Positions 55,362 through 55,854 of a DNA stretch of 55,854 nt are shown one piece after another. Every line of letters starts with the position of its first letter. Within the stretch, counting starts at the first letter, position 1. The notes beneath the pieces were generated by a model. It was not told the DNA's origin and made no database searches. It saw nothing but the letters and a program-made list of their open reading frames with translations. Made by a program: the position numbers and the translations under genes. This DNA comes from a virus (taxonomy: Duplodnaviria; Caudoviricetes): positions 1 through 55,854 of the IMG/VR virus record IMGVR_UViG_3300049050_000058. The stretch is one strand, 5' to 3'.

Positions 55362-55733
55362 TTATTCCTTATTATTTTCAATATGTTTTAGAATGTCTGC
55401 TGTAAAATTACTTTGTTTGCTCATAGCTTCCAAATCATCCTTGAGATATTCATCAATCTCTTCAATCTTGTTTTCCCATGAACAATGTTCTGAGTTCTTC
55501 CATTCAGGGTCTCGGCGTTCGAAGCCTACAATTCGTGTACCATAAATAGGTTCATTGGTTTTAGAAGTGAAAGGACGATGATAACAATCTTCAAATGTAT
55601 ATCCCATCTTAACACAAAAACCAAGAGAGTGAAGAAGAGCATCGACTTCTTCTTTGTTATTTCGTTTCATAATACCAACAGCGCCTGGAACGCTGTTGGC
55701 TAGATCAATAATACTTAGGTGACGTGGTGTCAT
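55362..55733 (-). CDS. hypothetical protein
   Basis: ORF upstream of nrdB. Confidence 0.7.
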   Translation of the reverse strand: MTPRHLSIIDLANSVPGAVGIMKRNNKEEVDALLHSLGFCVKMGYTFEDCYHRPFTSKTNEPIYGTRIVGFERRDPEWKNSEHCSWENKIEEIDEYLKDDLEAMSKQSNFTADILKHIENNKE

Positions 55734-55735
55734 AT

Positions 55736-55854
55736 TTACTCTTCTCCTTCAAATTCTAAATAACTCTCCATAGGAGATAGTCCATCGCAGTAATCTTCAA
55801 TAAACTCTGCACTATTTTCCATAAAAACAAGAAAGCTATCTTCTTTCTTTGCAA
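55736..55854 (-). CDS. 3' end of a gene truncated by the window edge
   Basis: open frame ending ...SYLEFEGEE stop. Confidence 0.5.
   Translation of the reverse strand, partial: AKKEDSFLVFMENSAEFIEDYCDGLSPMESYLEFEGEE

Overview
A 55.9-kb piece of an AT-rich, apparently lytic myovirus genome with Felix O1/PAK_P1-style organisation. The host is probably a gammaproteobacterium, possibly Pseudomonas (inferred from a GC-rich acquired patch and the tail fibre). No integrase, CRISPR array or rRNA was seen. Layout: (1-8946, +) an early region of tiny ORFs in repeated sigma70 promoter/leader cassettes, with one tRNA and two aberrant tRNA-like RNAs. (8950-9850) a palindrome- and repeat-rich non-coding convergence zone. 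(9851-22325, -) small genes including an HD hydrolase, dCMP deaminase, ClpP-like protease, PhoH and a GC-rich island. (22445-23440, +) a long structured non-coding RNA candidate flanking a GIY-YIG/T5orf172 nuclease gene. (23820-23930) a candidate sRNA displaying repeated anti-Shine-Dalgarno motifs. (23944-51655, +) terminase, three tRNAs, and head, tail, baseplate, fibre and lysis genes. (51744-55854, -) ribonucleotide reductase genes. The tail sheath and tape measure genes are each interrupted by a group I intron carrying a homing endonuclease; the splice sites were resolved by hand and restore both frames. The tail chaperone has a hairpin-stimulated -1 frameshift signal. Product calls rest on motif recognition and gene order, not database searches.
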